A stretch of 64,000 bases of DNA from Eledone cirrhosa. Lineage: Eukaryota. The translations under genes and the position numbers were made by a program. Each line of letters begins with the position of its first letter. The first letter of the stretch is position 1. The stretch is from NCBI GenBank assembly GCA_964016885.1, contig OZ024746.1, forward strand, positions 73,966,001-74,030,000, given 5' to 3'. Below are positions 27,956 through 42,103 of the stretch, one piece after another. Under the pieces are notes generated by a model. It made no database searches. It was not told the DNA's origin and worked only from the letters and a program-made list of their open reading frames with translations.

Positions 27956-28777
27956 TATATATATATAATAAAGAGAGACAAACAGAGATATATACATATA
28001 TGCGTTCAACTGACAAGGGTCGTAAACCGCCAGGGTGAAGAAAATACTAACTAAGGATAATTACGGCGGTTCGCAAGACTCAATTAGTATGTTTGATATA
28101 TATATAATTAATAAAAAAAAAATGTTCGCTCTACATGGTTGAATACAATAAATGTAATCTGAGTTTTTTTAATATTAATAATAATATTCGATTCGTTTGC
28201 AATTATGCAAACAACCTCTTTTTTAAACCCATGTCAGTAGAACGAACCCCATTCTTGCTCTTGTGTAAACATTAGTGTCTGCAGTTCTGTTTTGCATGCC
28301 AACACAAGAGCACACTTATTAATCTATATAGATATTTATATACTTACAACCTGTTGCAATATAATAAGATACATTGTACTTACAACCATAATTCTTCATA
28401 TAATCTAATTGATTATATATATAATATTATAACTCATAATATAGCTAAATATTTTTTTTTAAATTCTGAAATCATATTCTACCATTCCTACAAATGGTTA
28501 ATTCTTTTTAAATTCACGTAAATACAAGCTATTCCTTCTTTCTCTCTCTTTTTCCTACACATACATATATATCCTAATAATTATTTAAATCTACCTAGCG
28601 TCTAAAAATAACGTTTTATTTCAGCCCTATACCTCAACCTCATTTGCATATTCATCTTAATAATTTGAAATATTTGACTTTTACTCTCTTTCCCTTCTTT
28701 CCTTTTACCATCAAGGAAAAACTTGAACCTTTAAGATCCCCTCCCCGGATATGTCAATATTTATGAAACAAACTTTG

Positions 28778-28833
28778 TATTTTATCTGATGAGAGCGTAC
28801 CAAAGTTTCGGTACCCTTGAATATAATAGAATA
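28778..28833 (+). ncRNA. Degenerate hammerhead motif (family F4)
   Basis: tattttat-CTGATGA-gagcgtacc aaagtttc ggtaccctt-GAA(deleted stem III)tata-atagaata. Flanks match the 34737 copy. Confidence 0.5.
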
Positions 28834-28974
28834 AATATGGTTTTATAAATATAGTTTCCATTTATTAATATCATATACATATATATATAGTGAAAAATTG
28901 AACGGGAACAAAACAGAGAGGCAGTACGAACAAAGGTTTATTAGTTTCACGCTCTTGAGAGTGGGGTGGTGGTG

Positions 28975-29008
28975 GGGAAGGACGTTTCGGGCATAAGCCC
29001 TTCTTCAT
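28975..29008 (-). ncRNA. 5'-clipped minimal hammerhead-like motif
   Basis: Minus strand: (TA)n-TGAAGA-a gggc ttat gccc-GAAAC-gtc-cttccc; the first C of the core and the stem I 5' arm are replaced by the microsatellite. Confidence 0.45.
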
Positions 29009-29543
29009 ATATGTATATATATATATATTTCGCAACGTTCTTACATAAAGCTCTTTGCAGTTCTGACTTATTTGAATATGTTGCTCATCAGTAAATCTCA
29101 CAGTTAAACAGTTAAGTAAAATGTAGTTATAAGCAGCCCATTATCATTGATTTAGAAAATAGCTAATAACAGCTTTTATGCTTTTTCTCCGTGTTGATAT
29201 TGACAATGATTTTCAATAAATTATCATTATGTTAGTCAGGTTATCGATTTAAACCTACATATGATTTACTATTTAGCAGCTAATAATCTTAAACAGCTCT
29301 CACTTGTATTTGATATCTTTAGTCAGTTGAGCCTCTCTTTGTGCTTGATTTGAATATTTTATTTCTGGTTAGTCGTTAACTTAATTTTGTAGATTATTGC
29401 TTTCGATGTATAGCGAATGGTTATCTATAGCTGACGCGTATTCCATAACACACACATATCGGGCCGTTTGTTTACAAAGGAATCGAATATTATCATTAAT
29501 ATTCGATATAACCCATACGTACATATGTATATGTATATGTGTG

Positions 29544-29608
<65 letters not shown>

Positions 29609-29706
29609 GTGTGTGTGCGTCTGTGTGTGTGTGTGTGTGTGTGTATGTGTGTACGCATGCATACATACTTTATGTATCAGCTGTGTTAGGGTGAGAAATA
29701 AAATTC

Positions 29707-29742
<36 letters not shown>

Positions 29743-31067
29743 CAAAGGCATGTCTCTCTGGTTAAGATCTCTTTGCAACCTCATAGTTTTGTTTTCAGAT
29801 TCAGTGCCTGAAAATTTGGGCAGTTGTTCCTCCAATATATCAAGTTTATCAATGCTTTGTGAATTAAAAGTAAAATTAGATAAACTAGTCATAGCATTTA
29901 TTAAGGTAACTAACGTAGCCTTTACCTTCATGTATTATTGAGAATACATATGGTCACAGACCATCCACACATGAAATTTCTGTCTGTTTTCCAAGCACTG
30001 TGGATCCAGGGTCATATCGAAGATAACATGTGTTTAGAGAGATTTGGTCGCTCTTTGTATCAGGTGAACGCTCAGTCAGATGCTCATACAGGGAAGATTC
30101 AAACAGGGCACACCTGCACTAAATCTCATTCCAGCCGTGACTATCCCATTCATTTCCGTGAACAGGTACGCATGATCACATTATCAAAACTGGTCCTTTT
30201 ACAAGCAGTAGTGTCTAATTTGAGAGATTTTGGCTGCTATTTCTGATAGAGGGAAAATTATGTAGAGGTTCTCTCATTGACTTCCTCTCTTGTCGTCTAA
30301 TATATGAGTGGTAAGTTAGGTAGTTGGTGTGGTTTTAGTATTATACAGGATACTAGTGTATATGAAAGCATATAAATATGATTATATATGATAAACATAC
30401 ATATCACGCTGTAGGTATTTTAAGATGTGGTCATGTCACAGTTATTTTGAATTACACTATGTTAGTTCAACTGCAAATTAAAACCAACCCATCAAACCTG
30501 CATTATATGCAAATATGCAACTCCATAAATATATTATTTGCAAAAATCTCTATATAGGTTATCAGCCTATTTGTCTCTGTATCTATCCAATGATTAAACA
30601 TCACTGAAGATGAATTAATTAATCCTGAAATACTATTGTATATAGAGTTAGTACTCTTTTCGAGGGGTAGCTGTGAAATGATCACAGCTTAAAATACCCA
30701 CAGTGAGACTTATACATGTATATCTAAAAATATTATTTATGTTTTCATATACACCTCTATTCTGAATCATGCTCTGTTAGTACTATTCCGAATATATATA
30801 TAATATATAATAAGATTTAAGTTTGGCACTAATAAAAAAATATATTAATCACTGCTATGATTTTGAATAAACAACCTCACTAGCATCAAACCAAGCATCC
30901 CACCCCCACTTATATATATATATATATATATTTAGTGAAAGAGTGAAGAATAACATGGTCAACAGTACAACAAGTGCTTTATATACAGTACTAACACTCA
31001 ATTCATATACAGTATTAACTCTCAATTTTAAATACAATGTATGCCTAATCAAATCATCAGAATAACT

Positions 31068-31178
31068 GTTATTCCGATGATTTGATTAGGCATACATTGT
31101 ATTTAAAATTGAGTGACACAACTTCAAGTGATTAGCAATTTTTAGACACCCTAATCAATGAAACAATTGTTAATAGTG
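31068..31178 (+). ncRNA. Hammerhead motif with a long stem II insertion and a mutated core (CCGATGA), inside a fold-back repeat at 30934-31228
   Basis: gttatt-CCGATGA-tttgattagg...cctaatcaat-GAAA-caattg-TT-aatag. The inverted copy at 31054-31066 keeps CTGATGA. Confidence 0.6.
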
Positions 31179-31532
31179 TAAATAAAACCCTTTTTGTACT
31201 GTTGACCATGTTATTCTTCACTTTCACTATTATTACTCCAAGATTAATCTGCATAGGAATTCCCGAGAACTCGCAAACTCGCTACCTAAGGAAACCTCTT
31301 GTTGAACGCCGTACGCTAAAACTATCCACAATACGGAGTACTCACAACCTCTAACTGGATTACCTATAACGATAATTTGTTATCCCATATATATATATAT
31401 ATATATATATATCATAAAACATGTCTATAGAATCACAAGATAAAATATATACTATTTCCTCTCCCAATTAGCATAATTATAATTAACTATATAAAAAATC
31501 GAATAGACCAGGCTATACGAATGAGGCTTCTA

Positions 31533-31629
<97 letters not shown>

Positions 31630-32986
31630 GTATATATATATATATGTATATACTGGACGCCTCTATCTATTATATACATGCTCCTCTTGTTTTAAAGCTT
31701 TCCGATGTTGCTCTATAACTAGTATTTAAGGAAAACAAAATCACTCCTCTTTTATAAGGCTCTCTTAATATATGGAATTTGTATTGTTACATCGTAGACA
31801 TTTTAGTCTTCAACATAACTTGATCACAGATTTTCTGATATTTAGACATGTAGATATTCAGAAATTCCGTCTATATTTTCTGATGGTATTCACCTTTTGA
31901 GGCCATCTAATGTATTCTTAAGATCTTACTTAAAAACAGTGTTACATATACAGTCCAGGAAAAAAAGATTTACTCATACCCTTATTTTCAACCAATATCT
32001 GATGTTTACGTAACTTTTAGACAACAGCATCTTTGCTAGACAGTAAATAAACGACAAAAATTACGAGACATTATACAATAAATGAATGTAACACTATTAC
32101 TGCCAAGCGACGGTGAAGGCATACACGAACCGTCCAACTTTTATTTCATTATCGATTCTGCTCGTTAGATTGTCAGTGACGGTTGATGGGCATTGGACAA
32201 TGATGAATAATTGGGAACGAAATGAGGGAGAAATATGAACAGAGAAAAATTATCGACAAGCTGTTTGGTTTATTAAACACAGCACTTGTCACCTCCAACT
32301 GATATTGCCGTTGCTGTAATTATTATGGTTATTTGTGTTAGTGCTGTTGGTATAGTGATATTAACTGATGTAATTGTTGTTGTTGTTTTTGATGATATTG
32401 ATGTTGATATTACTGATATTGCTATTGATGGCTTTTGGTAGAAGTGTTTTTTTTTTATTTGTTTATTCGTTTGCTTTGCATTGTTTGTATTTTAGTTTGG
32501 TTGTAGTTTTCATATGGGTGTATGCGTGGCTGCAAGGGAAAGAAGTCTCTTCCCTTCGCACCTTGATTATCTGGCCGTGAATAATAAAGACCGCAGAGAT
32601 TTGGAACAACATCCAAGTAATTCAGATGGTGCAGGAGGTGTGTCCTAAGCAACAGTCTGGAAGAAAAGGCACGATCAGCTCCCTGTTATCTCTCAGCAAA
32701 TCTAGCCACAATGGAGACTATCAAAGAGATTTGGAGGTGGGTAGCTGGTGGTGCATGATGGGTAGGTGGTGGTTGATGAGGGAGAGGGTAGGAGAGAGTG
32801 CATGTTGAGGAGGGTGAGAAGGCGGTCGTGAAAATAGAAGGAAAAAAAAGGAGAGGGGGACGAAAGAGAATGACAGGGAGAGGTCGGGATGGAGGGCAAG
32901 AGGATGGTGATTGAACGAGGGGAGATGTAAATGAGATTAGAAGAAATGATGTGGAAAGGGTGGTGGGGAAATTAGTGGGGAATCGA

Positions 32987-32987
<1 letters not shown>

Positions 32988-33047
<60 letters not shown>

Positions 33048-33350
33048 TTAATGATATTAATGATAATAATGATAATAATAATAATAACAACAAAAAATAT
33101 TGAGAAGTAAAAGAAGAGAAAGTAGAGAGAATATAAGGGGTATGGAGAGACGTAAAAGAACATTTAAAAGAAGAATAAAACTAATAAATAGTGGTACTAT
33201 CATCATCATTAATATCATCCCATAATCATGATCAGCTCCCACACCAGCAATAATTGTAGTAGTAGAGGTAACATTAGTAATAGTAGAAGCAGTAGTAGTA
33301 GAAACAGCAGTAGCAATAGCAGTAGTCGTAGTCATAGAAGTTGCAACAAC

Positions 33351-33393
<43 letters not shown>

Positions 33394-33403
33394 ACTCCAA
33401 CAG

Positions 33404-33493
<90 letters not shown>

Positions 33494-33499
33494 CGCCAT

Positions 33500-33550
<51 letters not shown>

Positions 33551-33626
33551 CACCACTACTACTACTACTACTACTGCTACTATTACTACTACTACCACCA
33601 CCGCCACCACCGCCATCACTACTACA

Positions 33627-33687
<61 letters not shown>

Positions 33688-33688
33688 G
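32988..33688. repeat. (AAT)n, (TAG)n and (CTA/CCA)n trinucleotide tracts
   Basis: Directly visible; explains the poly-T, poly-V and poly-L ORFs. Confidence 0.95.
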
Positions 33689-33960
33689 ATAAAGACGAAG
33701 ATAAAAACGAAGGAACAGAAAAGAGATTGAGATAAAGCAGACAAAATTATAAGGGAGAATAAGATGCGGGAGAAGACGAAGAAGATGAAAAAGTTAATCC
33801 AAAAAACAAAAAACAAAACAAAACAGAAACTGTATGAGATAAGGTGAGAATGTTTGGTTTGGATTATTTCTGTTTTATCCAACAATATACAGCAGCTGTC
33901 CTGGGATAAAGTCTATTTCATCTCTTTAGAATCTTACATAAAACCACGCAAATATCTGTT

Positions 33961-34018
<58 letters not shown>

Positions 34019-34135
34019 CATGTACGTATCTGTTTGCGTGTATGTATTTATTTGTTTCTATTACTTCTGTATTGTATTTATTTACTTTGTTCTTAACTCT
34101 GTAGCGGAGATTCATTTGGTCTCCTAGTTAGAATT

Positions 34136-34400
34136 TTAGTCTACAACTTCTGCTTTACCTTTTACGTGGTTTTGTCTTTGCGTGCCATTGTTCTCCACGC
34201 TCCACATATGAAGTATTATCTTCGTTTTTTTCGTTCATCGCCAGAGAACGTCTCTATGCACCACCTAAGAGAACATTAGTCTACGACCTCTATTATACCA
34301 TAAACGTGATTCTGTCTTTGCGCGTAATTGGTTTTCACCGTTCCTATTAATGACGTATTATTCGTTTTTTCCCGTTCTTAGCCAGCGAACGTTTCCACAA
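34136..34400. repeat. Diverged tandem duplication, ~140-bp period
   Basis: ttagtctac.ac...acgtg.tt.tgtctttgcg...gtatta..ttcgtttttt...gccag.gaacgt occurs twice. Confidence 0.7.
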
Positions 34401-34553
34401 ACCAAAGTATCGTCTTCCTGTCTTCCTCCGGTTGCAACGTTTTTTGAAATATCCAGTTCTGCGTTTACAGATTGACTTTGTTAGTTTCAGAAGATCCCGT
34501 TAAGGGTGAAAGCAGCGATTATTTGCTTAAACTTTAATCTGTTATTTTAATAA

Positions 34554-34612
<59 letters not shown>

Positions 34613-34736
34613 TTCTATTTAAATTGTTGGGATACAACAAGCAAATATTTTTATAACTGATATAAAGCACCCAACAAATATTTGGAGTAAAAATACGATA
34701 TTAACAAATGGAAACTATAAAAACTGATCTATATTA

Positions 34737-34801
34737 TATTTTATCTGATGAAAGCACACCATAATTTAACTTGGTGTCCTTGAAATATGTATAATGAAAT
34801 A
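34737..34801 (+). ncRNA. Type I minimal hammerhead ribozyme (family F4), intact core
   Basis: tattttat-CTGATGA-aagcacacca taatttaact tggtgtcctt-GAAA-tatgta-TA-atgaaata. 8-bp stem I (one GU), 9 of 10 pairs in stem II, AUA triplet. Confidence 0.8.
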
Positions 34802-35204
34802 AATATGGTTTTATAAATATAGTTTCCATTTGTTAATATCGTATATATATATATATATATATATAAACAGTGGAAGCTTAGTAAAATCAAAGCTTTGTCT
34901 GTGGCCAAGCTAACGACCCACATTTATGAATGAGCAGCAAAGCACTCAATAAGGTAGGCCCTTAGAGTAATAACATACGTTTAGATAGCTTGATAAATTG
35001 AAAATTGCGACAGGCAGACCTAGCCACATAATACCAAACCCAACGAAGAAAATAATCAGGTTAAACAACTGACCTGGACATATCGAACGATATTTTGCAA
35101 TACGTTCGATAGGTTTCTATGAATACGAAATCATCCATCCAGCTTACGTAACATGCAAGCCTGTGGTATTACATGATCGAACTAGGATCCACGTCGTCAA
35201 CAGG

Positions 35205-35278
<74 letters not shown>

Positions 35279-35634
35279 AAGTGTGGTAAGGAACCAGGTG
35301 GATCATAATGTACCAGAGTACTTGATACTTAGGGTAGTAGAGTGGGTAACAGGAAAAGAGTCAGGACTCCGACGGCTGAGGTCCGGCCGTTTCAACAGCT
35401 AGATCTGACCTCAGATCTAGAGTTCAGATCTAGATGTCGAAACGGCAGGAGCTCAGCCGTCGGGGTCCTGACTCTTTCCCTATATATATATGTAATATAT
35501 ATATATATATGTAGGAGGTGAGTTTTATTGTAGCACAATAAAGCAATGCAAATATCGGATAAGTAGCACTCTACAGTTAGTAGGACTGGAGTATAAATAA
35601 TATAAGATCAAAAGATGGTTAAAAGAGTTCCAAG

Positions 35635-35705
35635 TATTTTATTATGCGCATTTCAAAAACAAATATAATCATGTGATGATATCTGCGTTTTCATCAGATA
35701 AAATA
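35635..35705 (-). ncRNA. Type I minimal hammerhead ribozyme (family F5), intact core
   Basis: Minus strand: tattttat-CTGATGA-aaacgcagatatcatc acat gattatatttgttttt-GAAA-tgcgca-TA-ataaaata. Perfect 8-bp stem I and palindromic stem III. An inverted 5'-clipped copy lies at 35798-35860. Confidence 0.82.
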
Positions 35706-35889
35706 GGGATACATGATATGAAACTTAAAAAAAACACTTGTGAATAGTGAAGTGTTAAATCAACATATGTTGATTTAAAACTTCACTATCCACAAGTTTG
35801 ATGAAAACGCAGATATCATCCCATGATGATATTTGTTTTTGAAATGCGCATAATAAAATACTTGGAACTCTTTTAACCATCTTTTGATC

Positions 35890-36004
<115 letters not shown>

Positions 36005-36445
36005 AGGGATTCAATTAAAAACTGGTTAAACTATTACTCACGAGAGTACTCATTACTTAGGGTAGTAAAGTATGGTTATATGAATATATATATATATTTT
36101 CTGATACTCTACGTGTGAGAGAGTGTGACTGCATGTATATACATATATATATATATATAAATGAAAAGTATAGAAATTATTGTAGCAAGAAGCCAACAGT
36201 ATTCCATAATATATAAGTGACTATAGTGTCAAAATGGAAAAAATAGTTAACGTAAGATGTGGGAAAATAATTCAAACTCAATTCAAAAAGAATCAGGATA
36301 TAGATTCATCCACATATTCATTCACCAGCCCTGTCTCTACATGTGCGTTTTTCTTCATAATTGCGCATGATGTTGAAGTAGCCTGCTTTTAAATTCCCTT
36401 TTTGGCATATTATAAACAGTGGACCTTTGGTTATCGAGTCTTTGA

Positions 36446-36523
36446 GCTCTGCTGATGATCGACTCCAACCGTGACTATCTCCACTGAAAGTTTCGTGAAA
36501 TAGTCTTTAAGACTATACAGAGC
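36446..36523 (+). ncRNA. Type I hammerhead motif with a full stem III, inside 62-bp inverted arms (36235-36296 / 36619-36680)
   Basis: gctctg-CTGATGA-tcga...ttcgt-GAAA-tagtc tttaa gacta-TA-cagagc. Stems I and III are perfect, stem II is eroded. Confidence 0.72.
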
Positions 36524-36685
36524 ATTTGTAGATTTTCCAAATTGAAGGATGAGTATTTTAAACTTTATTTTATTCTGAGTTAAGGCTCTATTGATTTTTC
36601 CCTGGATTTCACCAAATTCTGATTCTTTTTGAATTGAGTTTGAATTATTTTCCCACATCTTAAGTTAACTATTTTTCCACTCAGC

Positions 36686-37320
36686 TATGTTGTCTGTCCA
36701 CCGTTTCCCCTATCTGCACCGCTTTATTTTTCCCCGCTCTGTTCCTTGGAGAATTGTCTTATGCCCATACCATCTCAACTTTCTCTTCTGCACCGTGGTC
36801 AGCAGATATTCAAAGTGGCTCATGTGCTGGGTGATTCTTTGCGGACCTCCTCGTTCCTGTTTGTTCTGTGTAGAAGATTCTGAGGATTCTTCTAAAGCAT
36901 CTCATCTCCACTATTTGGATCTTTCTTTGTAGCTCAGTGGTCAGGGTCACGTATGCGTATAGAAGGATGGATAGGAGCAACGCACATAGGAGTTATATTT
37001 TGCATCTGAGAATGATGTTTTTGTCTTTCCAGAGAGGTTTCAGCTTAGCAGGTGCTGTGGCTGTGAGAGCACTCCTTGCAAAGACCCTGACTTTGATCCG
37101 TCTTGCCTGATGATGGCGCCATGATACTTGATCTACGCCACAGACTCCAGCTCCTGACCACTGACTGTGATCCTTCTCCCTATTGGCTTTGTTGAGTTTG
37201 TCATCAGCTTGGTTTTCACTGTGCTGATCTCCATGCCGTGACTAGCAGAAGTTACGTCCAAACGGTTCACCAGCTCGGCGAATTCTTCATTTCCAACTAG
37301 ATCGTCCATGTTATCGCGTA
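36686..37320 (-). mobile_element. Degraded 3' part of an RTE-clade LINE
   Basis: Minus strand DNMDDLVGNEEFAELVNRLDVTSASHGMEISTVKTKLMTN ... LKPLWKDKNI ... EMRCFRRILRIFYTE ... KRWTDNI; RT/thumb motifs of RTE elements. Confidence 0.88.
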
Positions 37321-37677
37321 CAGCTATTTTGTGGTCACCTCAGAGAAAACTAGTCCCGTTGAGGGAGTCTCTTGATAAGCTTAAAATCTCACAGCTAAAG
37401 TGCGATTTAAATGCTCTTGCTGCAGAGCACCAGTCAGTCTGCAATCGGGACTAAGAGGAATAATTGGGTAAACTGTTGTCTAATTTTTCTTTACACTTAT
37501 ACTTGTATTTAGCTCGGATTAATTGATTATTTATTTAGTTAATACTTCTGGTCTATGAGGAAAGTTAGGTAAATTTTGTCTGTTTGTTATTCACACACAC
37601 ACACACATATATATAAATATATATCCATACATGGATACATATATACATCATAGATACATGAACGTTCATACATACAC

Positions 37678-37760
<83 letters not shown>

Positions 37761-40384
37761 CACACACACACACAAACATACATACATACGTATGCACATC
37801 ACTAACATGCACATAAACGCTTCTCAAACTCTCCCTCTTTATTCTCCCATTTTATTCTATCTCTAATAATCTTTCTTCCTTTTTGTTTTCTTCTTTCCTT
37901 CCGTCCCCTTTTCCATTTCATCTCTTTCTCTACTATCTTTGTTATATATTTCTACCTCTGTTATCTCATTCCATTCTTGTTTTCTCTCCTCCACAACTTA
38001 CTTCCTGCTCTCCATGTATACGTTCCCGCTGTTTTGTACATCCTCTTCTTCCCTCTCGCATATTTTCTCTATTTCTTTCCCCTCCTATATTCTCTCTCTT
38101 TTCATTTTTAAACAAACCCCTCGCAATACTTCGCTCACTCCACCCACGCAATTTCACAAATCAATGTTAATATCTCTCTGGGGTGCATATGTTTGGCATT
38201 GGGAACCATATTTTTTAAAGCATCGTTGAATAACTAATTACTGAAGTCCTGGTATTGGCACATATTGTAGTAGCAAAGGTGGTAGGGGTGATACTGATGG
38301 TAATAGTTGTGCTGTCACTCGTAGTGGATGTCATGGTTGTGGTATTAGTGTTGTTATTGTGGCTGTTTAGTCCTAGGATATTCATGACCTAGTAAATTTA
38401 TTATTAAAGAAGTTTCACTCAAGACACCCTTGTGCTTCCTTACTCACTGCGGTCATTTTAATGAGAAGAGGAGAGAAAAGGAGAGCTATCCTTATAACTA
38501 CGAGTAAGATGTTTTCGAATCAACACTTTGAAAAATACGAAATGTTTGATTTTACAAGGAAAAAATATGAAATTAGATGTAAATAATTAAGGATATGAAT
38601 GAATTCGACGCACACATTTTTTATGTTTTACAAATATCTTCACTTGCAGGAACCACAAATTTAAATGAAATATTTTTATTGTCCCTAGAAAAATAAATGT
38701 TTCTTAAAAGGGATGCTTAGTTAGATTTTCTTTCTTTTGTCATTGTATTTCTTTTTGTCAGCATATATATTTTTTTATCACAACCACCATCAGCAATATC
38801 ATTTAAAACTTCGACGGGATATATTGTCCACACTGCCATTGTATCTCACAATCTTAACTTTATGAATTACAGATGGTTTTATAAATCTGCTGAACTAACC
38901 AGAACTTCTAAAAAATATTTTGCGAATTCGTCCTTTCAGTTTTGTTTTCTTCTTTTCTTTTTTCACTGTACTACTGCACTTAAACTGTCAATCTTCGTTC
39001 TGATGGTTGCTCGCCTGAAAGAAATGTGCTTTTGATTGTGATCTTTGATCGAAATTGATGAAAGATATTTTATTTCAATCATTATTGTGCTTCATACTAG
39101 CTGTATAGAAATTCGATGATGAAGCAACTCTTTGTTCTTCTTCCTTTCTTTTTTTTTTTTTTTTAATAAAGCTTGTGTTCTGAATATTACGCTCTGCTGA
39201 ATCTCCAATAGCTGATCTGGGCCTTTTTCTTCTTTTGTACCCATTTTATCCTTGCTAATTATCGGTAATTTTTCTTCCAATCCAATAACTTCCACCTCCT
39301 TGGCAGTTTCATCACTTGCCTTAGCGATGTTAACTTGTTGAGAACATTGAATAGTAAATTGAGGGTTTCGAAGCATACTTTTGTAAAATAATGTACAAAG
39401 TTTATTCTAGGAGTCAAAAATACTAAAACATTGCTGAATATACACTCATATTGTACACTATGTAGATAGATGGTATATATGGCTTGTAGGAAATTATACA
39501 GTACAAAAATATATTTTTTTCATTTATTATACATAATATGAACCACAGTTTTGAAATGTCTGATGCAAAATTATCAATCAAATAAAATCAAGAAACACAG
39601 TGACAATGAGTATCCCTGTCAATTATCAATTTGACACCACTCACTAGCATATATCTTTATCGGTTAGAGACCTACAGATTAAGAATCTAACCACGTCATA
39701 GAGGAAGACTTAAATATATTATAGTGATATGACATTTATTATCAGGACCATGATTTATATCTGCTACTCTATGAAATCTGCCTGATATAATCTGAAGTAG
39801 AACAGTTATGATGATTAATTTAGTTATATATTCTTACATTCTCTATGAAAAAACAAACAAAAACATATATATATATATATATATATATATACATTGTTAT
39901 ACTTGGGGAGGGTCATATTGTAATAATATTGCCAGAAATAATAACAGAAACACACTCAATGTTTCGCTTCTGTATCTTTAATATTTCAATAGTTAATTTA
40001 TTTGGCAATCAACGTTTATCATTGATTGATCAACGGTTAAAAATACAGATATAAATATATATATATATATATAGTCTATCGAAGTGTTCTTTCGTTGCAC
40101 ATCTGCAACATCATCAGTGGTACTATTATTATCAAAAACCTTGCAAAACAAATATATATATATATATATATAAATGTAAGTATGTATACGTACATACATA
40201 TATGTATACAGACGTACAGTAGTATGTACATATACATACATGCACACATATATATATATGTACGTATGGTTTACCGAACATTTATTATAATGTTCGATTT
40301 GTTTGTAAACAAACAAACAGCCCGAATTACGCCGTACAGTGTTCGGCAACCATCGTCGCCTTTTTTTTCAACACTGACACAGGA

Positions 40385-40427
40385 ACGATGTACTAGTTTC
40401 AAGCTTATTAGCTATCGTCAGCATCGT
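40385..40427 (-). ncRNA. Type I minimal hammerhead ribozyme (family F6, copy 1)
   Basis: Minus strand: acgatg-CTGACGA-tagct aata agctt-GAAA-ctag-TA-catcgt. 6-bp stem I, palindromic actagt stem III, GUA triplet. Confidence 0.85.
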
Positions 40428-41114
40428 ATACCTTCTTGCCAGATGGTTGAACGTTTGAAAGTATATACTTTCCTTATGCATATTAACGGGTGAGCAACCT
40501 AATTTGCATATCGAATGAGTTAGTCGGCCGGTCGTACCGAAAACGATAAATGGTAAAGAATGAAACGAAATATATATACACATACTACTGCACGTCTGTA
40601 TACATATATGTATGTACGTATACATACTTACATTTAAGTATCAGCCGTACTAAGAGTGAGAAATGAAATTTTGTTTCATTATTTTCCTTATATATATATA
40701 TATATATATATATATTACTATAAATAATAACTTAGAACATCGAGTTACACCTAAGGACGGACTGAAGTGACAGAGGCTACTACGAAGAGTTGTACTTCAT
40801 ATCTCACAATTTCCAGCAATAAAATAACATTTTGCGCCTCTCCTCCTTCTCATTAATGATGCAGTGTTTCACACTTACATGTCTTCTAAATGACTAAGAC
40901 CAACATGGAAAGGCCATCACACTGACAAAACCCCAGTGTAACACGTATCAACATCGGTGACCAAAATATCGGAAAAACTCCAACTTATACTACAAAGTAT
41001 CAGTTAAGAAATTACAGACGTATGGTTTAAATTCGGCATGGTATCTCATGCTTCGGAGGAGACCATTCCATGTGCAAATCCCATGGTCATTCATGGGCAA
41101 AGGGAACCTTCCTT

Positions 41115-41196
<82 letters not shown>

Positions 41197-41427
41197 TATG
41201 TGTGTATACGTACATACATATATGTATACAGACGTACAGTAGCATGCATATATATATATATATATATATACATACAGGTACACATACATATATGCACGTA
41301 TCAGTTTAGCGGACGCTTATTATAACGCCGCTTTGTTCGTTTGTAAACAAACTGAACAGCCTGAATATTTTTGCCGTACGGTGTTAAGGCAACCACGTCA
41401 CCTTTTTTGTTCAACACTGACACAGGA

Positions 41428-41470
41428 ACGATGTACTAGTTTCGAGCTTGTTAGCTATCATCAGCACCGT
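41428..41470 (-). ncRNA. Type I minimal hammerhead ribozyme (family F6, copy 2)
   Basis: acggtg-CTGATGA-tagct aaca agctc-GAAA-ctag-TA-catcgt; the stem I change keeps a GU pair. Confidence 0.83.
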
Positions 41471-41837
41471 ATACCCATCTGCCAGATAGTTGAACGTTCG
41501 AAAATATATACTTTCCTTATGAAAATTAACGGCTGAGCAGCCTAATTTGCATATCGAGTGAGCTAAGTCGGTCAGGCATACCGAAAACGATAAGTTGAAA
41601 TAAAATGAAAACGAATGTATGTACGTATACACACATACTTACATTTAAGTAAGTGCCGTACTAAGAGTGAGAAATGAAATTTCGTTTTCATTTTATTTCA
41701 ACTTATATATATATATATTTATAAATGGAATAGAATGAAACGAAATTTCATTTCTCACTCTTAGTACGGCAGTTACTTAAATGTAAATATGTATGTATAC
41801 GTACATACATATATGTATACAGACATACAGTAGTATG

Positions 41838-41911
<74 letters not shown>

Positions 41912-42060
41912 CATGCACACACATATATATATATGCACGTATCGGTTTACCAAACATTTATTATAATGCTCGGTTTGTTTGTAAACAAACAAACAGCCCG
42001 AATTACACCGTACAGTGTTTAGGCAACCACGTCACCCTTTTGTTCAACACTGACACAGGA

Positions 42061-42103
42061 ACGATGTACTAGTTTCAAGCTTATTAACTATCATCAGCAT
42101 CGT
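42061..42103 (-). ncRNA. Type I minimal hammerhead ribozyme (family F6, copy 3)
   Basis: acgatg-CTGATGA-tagtt aata agctt-GAAA-ctag-TA-catcgt; the stem II change keeps a UG pair. Confidence 0.83.

Noticed and set aside
29745-30300. ORFs with scattered Cys/His, a possible zinc-finger or TE remnant
   Set aside because: No recognisable motif, and stops occur in the candidate frames.
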